From contig CAZTQA010000001.1 in NCBI GenBank assembly GCA_964615205.1, positions 64,510 through 128,509 on the forward strand: DNA of 64,000 nucleotides, given 5' to 3'. This DNA is from an uncultured Candidatus Saccharibacteria bacterium. Its GTDB lineage: Bacteria; Patescibacteriota; Minisyncoccia; Minisyncoccales; JAGMDC01. This document shows, one piece after another, positions 42,908 through 50,987 of the stretch. The translations under genes and the position numbers were made by a program. A model generated the notes under the pieces. It saw nothing but the letters and a program-made list of their open reading frames with translations, was not told where the DNA came from and ran no database searches. Within the stretch, counting starts at the first letter, position 1. Each line of letters opens with the position of its first letter.

Positions 42908-44866
42908 ATGCCAACAAAAAAAATAAACAAAACAAAAGAGATAATTAACAAGGTTTTCCGAAATCCTGAAATTTCTTATGGCTTAAAAGAATTTGAAAAT
43001 ATTGACCTTGAAAAAGCTTTAGAAATCACAGAACAGGAAAGAGATAAATTTTATATTAGAGATCTTAAATCAAAAAAGTTAAAATTTGTTTTTGATAATA
43101 AAATTCAAAAGAGCAAACCCGAAGAAATTATTCGTCAATTGTGGCTTTACAAACTTAATGAATATTACAAATACCCATTTGAGAGAATTGATACGGAAAA
43201 AAGTATTCATTTTGGCAGAGAAATTCATGCTAAAGCTGCAGATATTGTGGTTTATAAGAAGGATAAAATAACGCCTTTTATTATTATAGAAGTCAAAAAC
43301 CCAACAGAGAAGAAAGGAATTGAACAACTTAAAAGCTATCTTTCTGCCGAAGGTTCAGAAATAGGTGTCTGGTCAAATGGTATAGAGCGGGTAATACTTT
43401 ATAGGCCTTATCCAAAAGAATTCCAGGATTCTTTAAGTGAAATACCTCGAGCGGATCAAACCATTGATGATTTATTTGAAATTAAGAAAACATGGCCAGA
43501 ATTAAATCCAAAATTTGATTTTGTGGAGATTATTAAAATAACAGAAGAATTAGCTCTGGCTGGTTCCGGAGTTAATGTTTTTGAGGAGATATTTAAAATT
43601 ATATATGCTAAACTTTATGACGAAAAATTAGCTATAGAACAGAGAGAAAATCAAGAAGTTCTTTTTAGAAAATATCGTGATCCTGAAAAAACATACGAAA
43701 TAATTAATGATGAACTTTTTAAGAAAGCTATTAATGAATGGCCTGATACTTTTGAAGAGTCAGAGCATATAAAACTTTCTCCTGCTCGATTAAATATTTG
43801 TGTTCCTTTCTTAGAGAATGTTCGACTTTTTGAATTAGGAAAAGGAGAAATGGAAATTATTGATAGTGCTTTCGAATATTTAATTACAGAGGTTTCCAGA
43901 GGTAAAAAGGGTCAATATTTTACACCGCGACATGTTATTAAAATGTGTGTGAGGATGTTAAATCCTAAAACAGAGGAACATGTTATTGATCCGGCTTGCG
44001 GCTCTGGAGGATTTCTTTTACATACAATGTATTATATTTGGGATAAATCAAAAACAGAAGAAGCTAAAAAAGATTACGCTTCTAAATATCTTTTTGGCAT
44101 TGATTTCGACGAAAATATGCGTCGTATCTCTCAAGCTTTGATGCTCATTGCCGGCGATGGTAAACATAATATTTTTAAAAGAGATTCTTTAGATGCCCGT
44201 GATTGGCAAGGAACAGAAAGTGAAGAGGCGAGAGTAGCTTTAAAATCTCATTTGATAAAAACAGAGAATTCATCGGAAATTAAAGAAAACCAATTAACTT
44301 ATAGAAAATTTGATTTTGATATTTTAATGACAAATCCGCCTTTTGCTGGCGAAAATCCGGAATCTGGTTTGCTCCGCCAATATGAGCTTGCTAAAAAAGA
44401 TGGAAAATTAAAAAGTAATGTTGAAAGGCATATTCTTTTTATTGAACGTTCTCTTGATGCTATACGACCTGGCGGAAGAATGGCCATTGTTTTACCTCAA
44501 GGAGTTTTGAATAATACTAATATGGGATATGTCAGAGATTATCTTTTTAATAAAGCAAGAATTTTAGCAGTGGTTGGGCTACATGGCAATACGTTTAAAC
44601 CCCATACTGGAACAAAGACAAGTGTTTTATTTTTACAGAAATGGGGCGGAGAAACGGGAAAACCATTAAAAGATTATAAAATTTTTATGGCGGTTTCCAA
44701 AAAAGCAGGTAAAGATAATTCTGGAGATTATGTCTATAAAAAAGATGAAAAAGGAAATTATGTTCATAATGAAAAAGGCCGAAAAGTTTTAGACCACGAT
44801 TTAGATGAAATTGCAGATGCTTTCATAAAATTCGCCAGAGACCAAAAATTTAATTTTTGGAAGTGA
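42908..44866 (+). CDS. PD-(D/E)xK nuclease-domain / N6-adenine DNA methyltransferase fusion (BcgI-A-like R-M subunit)
   Basis: N-terminal HsdR_N-type motif ADIVVYKKDKITPFIIIEVK (D-x15-E-x-K). MTase motif I IDPACGSGGFL and motif IV NPPFAG. 652 aa. Confidence 0.75.
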   Translation: MPTKKINKTKEIINKVFRNPEISYGLKEFENIDLEKALEITEQERDKFYIRDLKSKKLKFVFDNKIQKSKPEEIIRQLWLYKLNEYYKYPFERIDTEKSIHFGREIHAKAADIVVYKKDKITPFIIIEVKNPTEKKGIEQLKSYLSAEGSEIGVWSNGIERVILYRPYPKEFQDSLSEIPRADQTIDDLFEIKKTWPELNPKFDFVEIIKITEELALAGSGVNVFEEIFKIIYAKLYDEKLAIEQRENQEVLFRKYRDPEKTYEIINDELFKKAINEWPDTFEESEHIKLSPARLNICVPFLENVRLFELGKGEMEIIDSAFEYLITEVSRGKKGQYFTPRHVIKMCVRMLNPKTEEHVIDPACGSGGFLLHTMYYIWDKSKTEEAKKDYASKYLFGIDFDENMRRISQALMLIAGDGKHNIFKRDSLDARDWQGTESEEARVALKSHLIKTENSSEIKENQLTYRKFDFDILMTNPPFAGENPESGLLRQYELAKKDGKLKSNVERHILFIERSLDAIRPGGRMAIVLPQGVLNNTNMGYVRDYLFNKARILAVVGLHGNTFKPHTGTKTSVLFLQKWGGETGKPLKDYKIFMAVSKKAGKDNSGDYVYKKDEKGNYVHNEKGRKVLDHDLDEIADAFIKFARDQKFNFWK

Positions 44867-44873
44867 AAGATCC

Positions 44874-45356
44874 ATGAATATTGATGTAGAAAAATTTAAG
44901 AAAATCAAAGAAGAAGTTGAGGAATTTTATAAACAAATTAACGAAGTTTATTGCCCTTATTTTAAAGAAACCATATCCTTTAATGTAAAAGGATTAGATC
45001 ATATAAAATTTAAAGATTGGAACAGAACACGTCTTATTGAAGATCAATATTTTAGATTAAAATTCTTGAAATTAGCGCCAGAAGTTATAAAAAAATCTAA
45101 TACACTTCAGGAATACCGAGAAACACAAAACTTCGAAAGACAAAAAATAAATTCACGTTGGGAGCGGAGAATGACTCTGGTGAAATATTATGCCTTTATA
45201 GCTATTATGAATAGTGTGCGAATTAAAGTAATAATAAAAGAGATTACGGGTGGGAAAAAGTTTTTTTGGTCGATATGTCCTTTTTGGAAACAACGAAAAA
45301 AATATGATGGAACAATTGAAAAAGCCCTTTATGAGGGCAACTTAGAAACACAGTAA
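44874..45356 (+). CDS. Hypothetical protein (160 aa) inserted between the methylase and specificity genes
   Basis: ORF starts 8 nt after the methylase stop. Basic, no motif confidently recognised. Confidence 0.5.
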   Translation: MNIDVEKFKKIKEEVEEFYKQINEVYCPYFKETISFNVKGLDHIKFKDWNRTRLIEDQYFRLKFLKLAPEVIKKSNTLQEYRETQNFERQKINSRWERRMTLVKYYAFIAIMNSVRIKVIIKEITGGKKFFWSICPFWKQRKKYDGTIEKALYEGNLETQ

Positions 45357-45366
45357 AGTTTTAGTA

Positions 45367-45434
45367 GTACTTGTCTGCGGTTTAAAGGTCGTCCCTTTAT
45401 TGAACCGCGGGAGAGCCAAAGCCCTCACAAGTAC
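45367..45434. ncRNA. 68-nt Y-shaped (three-helix) structured element
   Basis: P1 GTACTTGT/ACAAGTAC (8 bp). P2 CTGCGGTTTAA/TTGAACCGCGG (11 bp, 2 G:U) with a 14-nt loop. P3 GAGAGC/GCCCTC (one mismatch) with a CAAA loop. G+C-rich in an AT-rich spacer. Strand undetermined. Confidence 0.4.
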
Positions 45435-45514
45435 CATTTATATATTATCATATTAATAATTTGCGTCAAGTGGAAAACCACAAAAGGCTGAAAATAAAAC
45501 AAAAATTTAGTTTT

Positions 45515-45542
45515 TAGAAATAACAAATTAGAAATAACAAAT
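45515..45542 (+). repeat. Perfect tandem duplication of the 14-mer TAGAAATAACAAAT abutting ATG 45543
   Basis: Units at 45515-45528 and 45529-45542. A third copy of AGAAATAACAAAT lies at 47584-47596. Confidence 0.9.
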
Positions 45543-46058
45543 ATGATTAAAACGATTAATAAATTTAGGCAGACTAAAAAGGAACGTAAAAATTCTTACT
45601 GGTTACCGCGAGAAGTACCACGAAAAATTTATAAGTTTCTAATGTCTTTAGGAGGAGATAGATTCTTTTTTGTTTTTGTAATTATAATTCCTGGAGGTAT
45701 AATTTTTATGAGATATCTAAAAGGAATTTCGTTTCCGCTATTGCCTACAGGAACGATGAACGAGATACTTAAAGTGATTGCGGGCTCTATTTTAATTGGG
45801 GTTTTAGTATTTTTAGGAACCGTGATTATTGAAACACGTAATAAGCTTGAAAAAAATAAATTAAAAAAAATATGGAAAGGAATTTTAACAGTAATTACCT
45901 TCGCCTTTAGTGTGGCAATTTTAAGCTTGAGTTTTATAGCTCTATCTGAATTTTTTCGCCAGCAAAATCTTGAAGTACCAATTTTGATTATAATATTCGC
46001 TCTCGTATACTATACTTTTTATTTAATTATCGATATACTTGAACATTCTTTTTTATAA
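45543..46058 (+). CDS. Hypothetical membrane protein (about 4 TM, 171 aa)
   Basis: Four hydrophobic helices. Sits between the methylase and specificity genes. Confidence 0.5.
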   Translation: MIKTINKFRQTKKERKNSYWLPREVPRKIYKFLMSLGGDRFFFVFVIIIPGGIIFMRYLKGISFPLLPTGTMNEILKVIAGSILIGVLVFLGTVIIETRNKLEKNKLKKIWKGILTVITFAFSVAILSLSFIALSEFFRQQNLEVPILIIIFALVYYTFYLIIDILEHSFL

Positions 46059-46066
46059 ACAGAATA

Positions 46067-47407
46067 ATGATTACTTATTCAATAATTAATAAAAGTCAAT
46101 TAGAAGGAAATTTGCGGCTGGATGCGGAATACTACCGGCCGGAGTATTTAGAGTTAATAGAAAATATTAATAATCTTGGTGCAGTACCAATAAGAAATAT
46201 GGTTGCAAATCCAAAGCGGAAGTTTAAACCACAAAAAGATAAAGTTTTTCAGTATATCGAAATTTCGGAAGTAGATTTATCAACTGGTGAATATAATAAA
46301 AGAGAAATTTTAGGGAGATATACTCCAGATCGGGCACAGTGGATTGTTAGACAAAATGATGTAATTATCTCTACTGTTCGACCGATTCGCAATGCGGTTT
46401 CTTTAATTAAAGAAGATATTGAAAATTTAGTTTGTTCATCTGGATTTGCTATCTTAAAACCAGAAAAAATTGAACCCGAATATTTATTTATTTATCTTAA
46501 ATCAAAACCCATAGTTGAACTTTTAGATAGGATGACAACTGCTACAATGTATCCAGCGATTACTGTTGAGGATATTTTAAAAACAAAAATATATTTAGGA
46601 AATCAAAAATTTAGAAATGAAATTAAAAATGAAGTTCTAGAGGCAGAAAAAGAAACAGAAAAATCAAAATCTTTTTACTCTCAAGCGGAAAATTTGCTTT
46701 TAGAGGAATTAGGACTAAAAGATTTTAAGGTTGAAGATGATTTGTTTTATGTCGTTAATCTTTCTAACGTAAAATCAGCCCATCGCACCGACGCCGAATA
46801 TTTCCAGCCGAAATATAGATTAATTGAAAAAAAATTGATTAAAGATTTTAAGGCCAAGAAAATAAGAGATTTTAACTTTATAGAAATAACAACAGGGCAA
46901 TATTCAGAAGAATATATTGAGGCGGCTTTAGGAAAACCATATATCCGTGGCACTGATTTATCAGGGACTATAACTGTAAAATTAGATAATTTAGTTTATA
47001 TAGATTCTAAGAAGCAATTATCTTCAAAAAAAGCAAAATGTGGAGATGTGGTAGTTACACGAGTAGGTACAGTAGGTATTAGCGCAAGATTACCAAAAGA
47101 AGTCGAAGGCGGTACTATAAGCGATAATTTGATAAGATTAAGTTTCCCAGAAGAAAGGTTAAATTCTTATTATGTAAGCTTATTTTTAAATTCTATCGGA
47201 TCTCAATTTATGATTCGTGAAAGCAGGGGAAGTGTTCAGTCGAGATTAAACCAAGAAACACTAAAAGAAATCGTATTGCCGGTTTTGCCAAAAGCTACCC
47301 AGCAGAAGATTGCGGATTTGGTTCGAAAATCTCACGAAGCTCGCAAAAAAGCTAAGGAATTATTAGAAGAAGCAAAAACAAAAGTCGAAAAATTAATTGA
47401 AAAATAA
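46067..47407 (+). CDS. hsdS: Restriction-modification specificity subunit (HsdS-type, two target-recognition domains)
   Basis: Duplicated architecture with conserved starts LRLDAEYYRPEY and HRTDAEYFQPKY, and central and C-terminal coiled-coil spacers. Confidence 0.85.
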   Translation: MITYSIINKSQLEGNLRLDAEYYRPEYLELIENINNLGAVPIRNMVANPKRKFKPQKDKVFQYIEISEVDLSTGEYNKREILGRYTPDRAQWIVRQNDVIISTVRPIRNAVSLIKEDIENLVCSSGFAILKPEKIEPEYLFIYLKSKPIVELLDRMTTATMYPAITVEDILKTKIYLGNQKFRNEIKNEVLEAEKETEKSKSFYSQAENLLLEELGLKDFKVEDDLFYVVNLSNVKSAHRTDAEYFQPKYRLIEKKLIKDFKAKKIRDFNFIEITTGQYSEEYIEAALGKPYIRGTDLSGTITVKLDNLVYIDSKKQLSSKKAKCGDVVVTRVGTVGISARLPKEVEGGTISDNLIRLSFPEERLNSYYVSLFLNSIGSQFMIRESRGSVQSRLNQETLKEIVLPVLPKATQQKIADLVRKSHEARKKAKELLEEAKTKVEKLIEK

Positions 47408-47658
47408 ATAAAATGTGTTTTGATTTTAATATAATAAAAAATTTATTTCTGAAGCTTAGTATAGGAAAAAAGAAAAAAAATTCAATTGGTATATTGAATA
47501 AAGGGAGAGATAATAAATTTATAAATAATAAAGTTGATGGATTTGATATAGGTATGAAAGATGAAGGAAAGAATACTGAAGCAAGAAATAACAAATTTAA
47601 GAAATAAGGAAAAAGTTTTTTAAATTAAAATAATCAAAATTTAGGCCGAAATTAAAAT

Positions 47659-48870
47659 ATGAATAACAGATATTCGCCGTCGAAATTGAATACTTTTAGT
47701 GGTTGTAAACTTCAATATAAATACAAATATATTGATAACCTTAAATCTGACTTAACAACCATTGAAAATTTCTTGGGATCAAGGGTTCATGAAACTCTGG
47801 AAAATTTTTATAAATTAGTGAAAAACAGCCGCGTTGAATCACTTAATTGGCTTTTAAAAGAATATGAAAATCTCTGGAAAAAGAATTTTGATGACAGCAT
47901 AAAAATTATTAGAAAGGATTTAACCGCTGAAGATTATTTTAATAAAGGAAAGCAATGCCTTGTTGATTATTATAATAGTTATAAGCCATTCAATCAGGCA
48001 AAAATTGTTGAAATAGAGTATCATGCTGATTTTGAAGTTGAAGATAACGGATCTAAATATTTATTCAATGGTTATTTGGACAGATTAGATTGGGATGATA
48101 AGAATAGTGTTTTTGAGATTCATGATTATAAAACATCCAATAAATTAATGACTCAGGAAGAAGCAGATAACAATTGGCAGCTTGGACTTTATAATCTTGC
48201 ATTAAAAGAAAAATGGCCGGACGCTCAAAAGGTAAAGCTTATCTGGCACGCACTGCCGTTTAATAAAGAAATAATATCATACAGAACAAATGACCAGCTT
48301 GAAGAATTGCAGAAAGATATTATTGAAAAGGTAAAAGAGATAGAATCGTGCAGAGATTTTCCATCCAAGAAAAGCGCTCTTTGCGACTGGTGTGATTTTC
48401 AAAATATCTGTCCTTTATGGAAACATCCAAAAGAAATGGAAGCAATTTCGGTTAACGAATACAAGAAAAACCCTGGCGTGAAATTGGTAACCGCATATAA
48501 AGACTTAGATGAAAAGAAAAATGAGCTTCAGGAGGAAATTAAAAAGATAGAAGAAGAGCAGGGAAAAATTGCTGAAGCAGCAATAGATTTTGCCAAGAAA
48601 AACAATATATCAGTTATTGACGGGCCAGATATAAAATTAAAAGTGGATATAAAAACCGAGTTAAGGCCTCCTGCTAAAGCTGAAAATGAAGAAAAATGGT
48701 GGCAATTAAGGGAGCTTTTAATAAAAGAGGGCAGATTTCAAGATGTATCTACAATAAATGCCAATATGATGACATATAAAATAAAAGGATGGCCGGCTGA
48801 ATTAGTGGATAAAATATCCAAATTCCTTATTAGCAAAACAACCGAAACAGTTAAATTAATTAAAAAATAA
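47659..48870 (+). CDS. PD-(D/E)xK nuclease, RecB/Cas4-like with Cys cluster, plus about 150-aa C-terminal extension
   Basis: YSPSKL..F..C..Y start, GSRVHETLE, LDRLD..EIHDYKTS (D..D/E-x-K), QLGLY, CDWCDFQNIC. Confidence 0.7.
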   Translation: MNNRYSPSKLNTFSGCKLQYKYKYIDNLKSDLTTIENFLGSRVHETLENFYKLVKNSRVESLNWLLKEYENLWKKNFDDSIKIIRKDLTAEDYFNKGKQCLVDYYNSYKPFNQAKIVEIEYHADFEVEDNGSKYLFNGYLDRLDWDDKNSVFEIHDYKTSNKLMTQEEADNNWQLGLYNLALKEKWPDAQKVKLIWHALPFNKEIISYRTNDQLEELQKDIIEKVKEIESCRDFPSKKSALCDWCDFQNICPLWKHPKEMEAISVNEYKKNPGVKLVTAYKDLDEKKNELQEEIKKIEEEQGKIAEAAIDFAKKNNISVIDGPDIKLKVDIKTELRPPAKAENEEKWWQLRELLIKEGRFQDVSTINANMMTYKIKGWPAELVDKISKFLISKTTETVKLIKK

Positions 48871-48879
48871 AATAAAATT

Positions 48880-49083
48880 GTGAAAAAGAATATTATAAAA
48901 AAGGAAGTTTTTGATAGAGAAATTAGCCTTTGTAGGATGTTGTCAAAAAAGAATAAAGGAAAGTGCGCTTGGGGAAAATGTAAAGATTGCGGGGTTATTC
49001 CTCTGCTTTATAAATTACACAAAGGAAAGTTATTGGAGAAATCAGCTGAATTAGCTAAAATAAGGAAAAAGATTTTTAAATAA
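48880..49083 (+). CDS. Small Cys-rich protein (67 aa)
   Basis: GTG start. C-x12-C-x4-C-x2-C pattern (SLCRML..GKCAWGKCKDCG). Confidence 0.4.
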   Translation: MKKNIIKKEVFDREISLCRMLSKKNKGKCAWGKCKDCGVIPLLYKLHKGKLLEKSAELAKIRKKIFK

Positions 49084-49089
49084 GAGATT

Positions 49090-49467
49090 ATGAATAAACA
49101 GCTCGCAAAACAAATTGAATATCTCGAGGTTTCATTATTACAGCCAGAAGTTCGTAGATCAGCAAAAAGAATCAGTGAATTGCTCGCTGATGAATTTGTT
49201 GAATTTGGAATGTTCGGAAAAATATACTCTAAACAGGATTTCTTAGAGCTTTTGCCGAATTCTGAAGAAGAAAAATTTGAGAGATATAAGGCTTCAAATT
49301 TTGAAGCAAAAGAAATTACTCCAGATACAGTTCTTTTAACATATAAGGCATCTATAGAATTCCTTAAAACCAATGAAATGGTTTGGACGCTTCGTTGTTC
49401 AATCTGGCAAAAGCGCAGCGAAAACTGGCAAATGATTTTTCATCAAGGAACTGTGATTAAAAATTAG
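49090..49467 (+). CDS. SnoaL/NTF2-like protein (DUF4440-like)
   Basis: ..L.ELLADEFVEFG..G......D.L........ and ...W.R....WQ..FHQGT pattern. 125 aa. Confidence 0.55.
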   Translation: MNKQLAKQIEYLEVSLLQPEVRRSAKRISELLADEFVEFGMFGKIYSKQDFLELLPNSEEEKFERYKASNFEAKEITPDTVLLTYKASIEFLKTNEMVWTLRCSIWQKRSENWQMIFHQGTVIKN

Positions 49468-49477
49468 TGAGTGAAAG

Positions 49478-49500
49478 TGTTAGACACTGAGTGTCTAACA
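49478..49500 (+). terminator. Perfect 10-bp hairpin (TGTTAGACAC-tga-GTGTCTAACA) without a U-tract
   Basis: Read directly. It lies 10 nt after the stop at 49467. No T-run follows, so its terminator function is uncertain. Confidence 0.35.
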
Positions 49501-49515
49501 TATTAATATAAAATT

Positions 49516-50331
49516 ATGAAAAACGATAAAATTGTATTAGCTACCAGGACTAGTTATGATGAATATGATGATTGTATTGAGCGTATTAAGAGACTAAAAT
49601 CTTCTAGCACTGGCAATGTTATCCATAAGGTTTATATCATTTCCAATTTAAGGAAAGAAGATGTTAAAACCGATGAAAATATTGAGATTGTTTTTGATCA
49701 AAATCCACCTAGGTCAACAGCATTCAACTTAATTATTGATAGATTAAGGAAAGAACAAGGTGAAGAATATCATCTTTTAGTTTTTTCTAAAGAGGTTGAG
49801 TTTGATTATAGCCATATAACCAGAATGACAGAAGAACTTAACAAAGATATAGATCATTTAATAGTGGTCGGATATTCTTTACGAGATAATATTCTTAGCG
49901 ATGAAGAATATAAATTATATTCTAATGATATAAATGGCAATAAAGGCATAGCATATCAGGCTCCGTGGAATACTTGCGCTTTATGGAATAAAAAATTTAT
50001 TTATAGTAAAGGAAAGGAATCTTTAAGATTTGATGAAATATGCGAGAAAGAAAAAAATCAACTTGGGGAATTAATGGTTAAAATAGATGGTAAACCTGAA
50101 ACAACGAACTATAAAGGAGTGGAGGCTGGTTTGGCGATTGCGGGATTTGTGACAAGAAACAATAAACTGAAATTTAAACTTATAGAAGACAAGTTGGCTT
50201 GGAATATTAAGGGAGATGAAAAGAAAATTAAAGAACACAAAAAAAAGATGGCAAGGAAAAACATTGTCCTCGCTACATTTATAAATATTAAAGGATATTC
50301 CATTGATGCTTTACTAAAAGCGAAAATGTGA
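49516..50331 (+). CDS. Hypothetical protein (271 aa)
   Basis: Long ORF, no motif confidently recognised. Confidence 0.5.
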   Translation: MKNDKIVLATRTSYDEYDDCIERIKRLKSSSTGNVIHKVYIISNLRKEDVKTDENIEIVFDQNPPRSTAFNLIIDRLRKEQGEEYHLLVFSKEVEFDYSHITRMTEELNKDIDHLIVVGYSLRDNILSDEEYKLYSNDINGNKGIAYQAPWNTCALWNKKFIYSKGKESLRFDEICEKEKNQLGELMVKIDGKPETTNYKGVEAGLAIAGFVTRNNKLKFKLIEDKLAWNIKGDEKKIKEHKKKMARKNIVLATFINIKGYSIDALLKAKM

Positions 50332-50984
50332 GTAATAAACCTATGGCGAATTATCCGAAAATTATTTTTAGATATTCATTTATTTATGACCTGTTTTGGA
50401 GAGAGGTCTGGTTAGAAAGAAATAAAAAAATAAAAAATCATCTTTTTTCTAAAAAGAAAATTTTAAATTATATAAAAAAAGTAGAAAGATTATGGAAAAA
50501 AGATGAGAAGAAAATTTTACGAGAACTTTCAAGAATAAGCAGCTTAAATTGGCAAGAAAAGATAATAAATTGTTATATTATAAGTATTGGCATCTCATTT
50601 TCTGAACCTTTGACTATGTCATTAACTATGCCTTCTAAGAAAGGTCTTCCTAAAAATATTAAAGAAGATTACTTTATTGATATATTAATCCATGAGCTTA
50701 TTCATAGATTATTGAATCAAGAGTGTAATTCTAAAAAATTTTGGAAAGCATATAAATTTTTTCAAAAAAAATATTCAAAAGATGATTGGAATACCATATT
50801 ACATGTAATGGTTTTTGCAATATATTGGCAAATATATTTGAAATTATTTAATGAGAAGAGATTAAAACAGGAAATAAAAACATCAAGTAGTTTTCCAGAC
50901 CCAAGTTATCGAAAAGCCTGGCAGATTGTTGAGAAAGAGGGTTATCAAAACATAATTAAAGAATTCCAAAAGAGGATAAAATAA
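50328..50984 (+). CDS. Hypothetical protein with HExxH motif (putative zinc metallopeptidase)
   Basis: DILIHELIHRLL. ATGA-coupled to the upstream gene. Confidence 0.45.
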   Translation: MSNKPMANYPKIIFRYSFIYDLFWREVWLERNKKIKNHLFSKKKILNYIKKVERLWKKDEKKILRELSRISSLNWQEKIINCYIISIGISFSEPLTMSLTMPSKKGLPKNIKEDYFIDILIHELIHRLLNQECNSKKFWKAYKFFQKKYSKDDWNTILHVMVFAIYWQIYLKLFNEKRLKQEIKTSSSFPDPSYRKAWQIVEKEGYQNIIKEFQKRIK

Positions 50985-50987
50985 ATT

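Noticed and set aside
47413-47607. 64-aa Lys/Asn-rich ORF between hsdS and the nuclease gene.
   Set aside because: It has the low-complexity composition expected from translating AT-rich spacer, no start-site signals, and it contains the AGAAATAACAAAT motif. It is treated as non-coding regulatory spacer.
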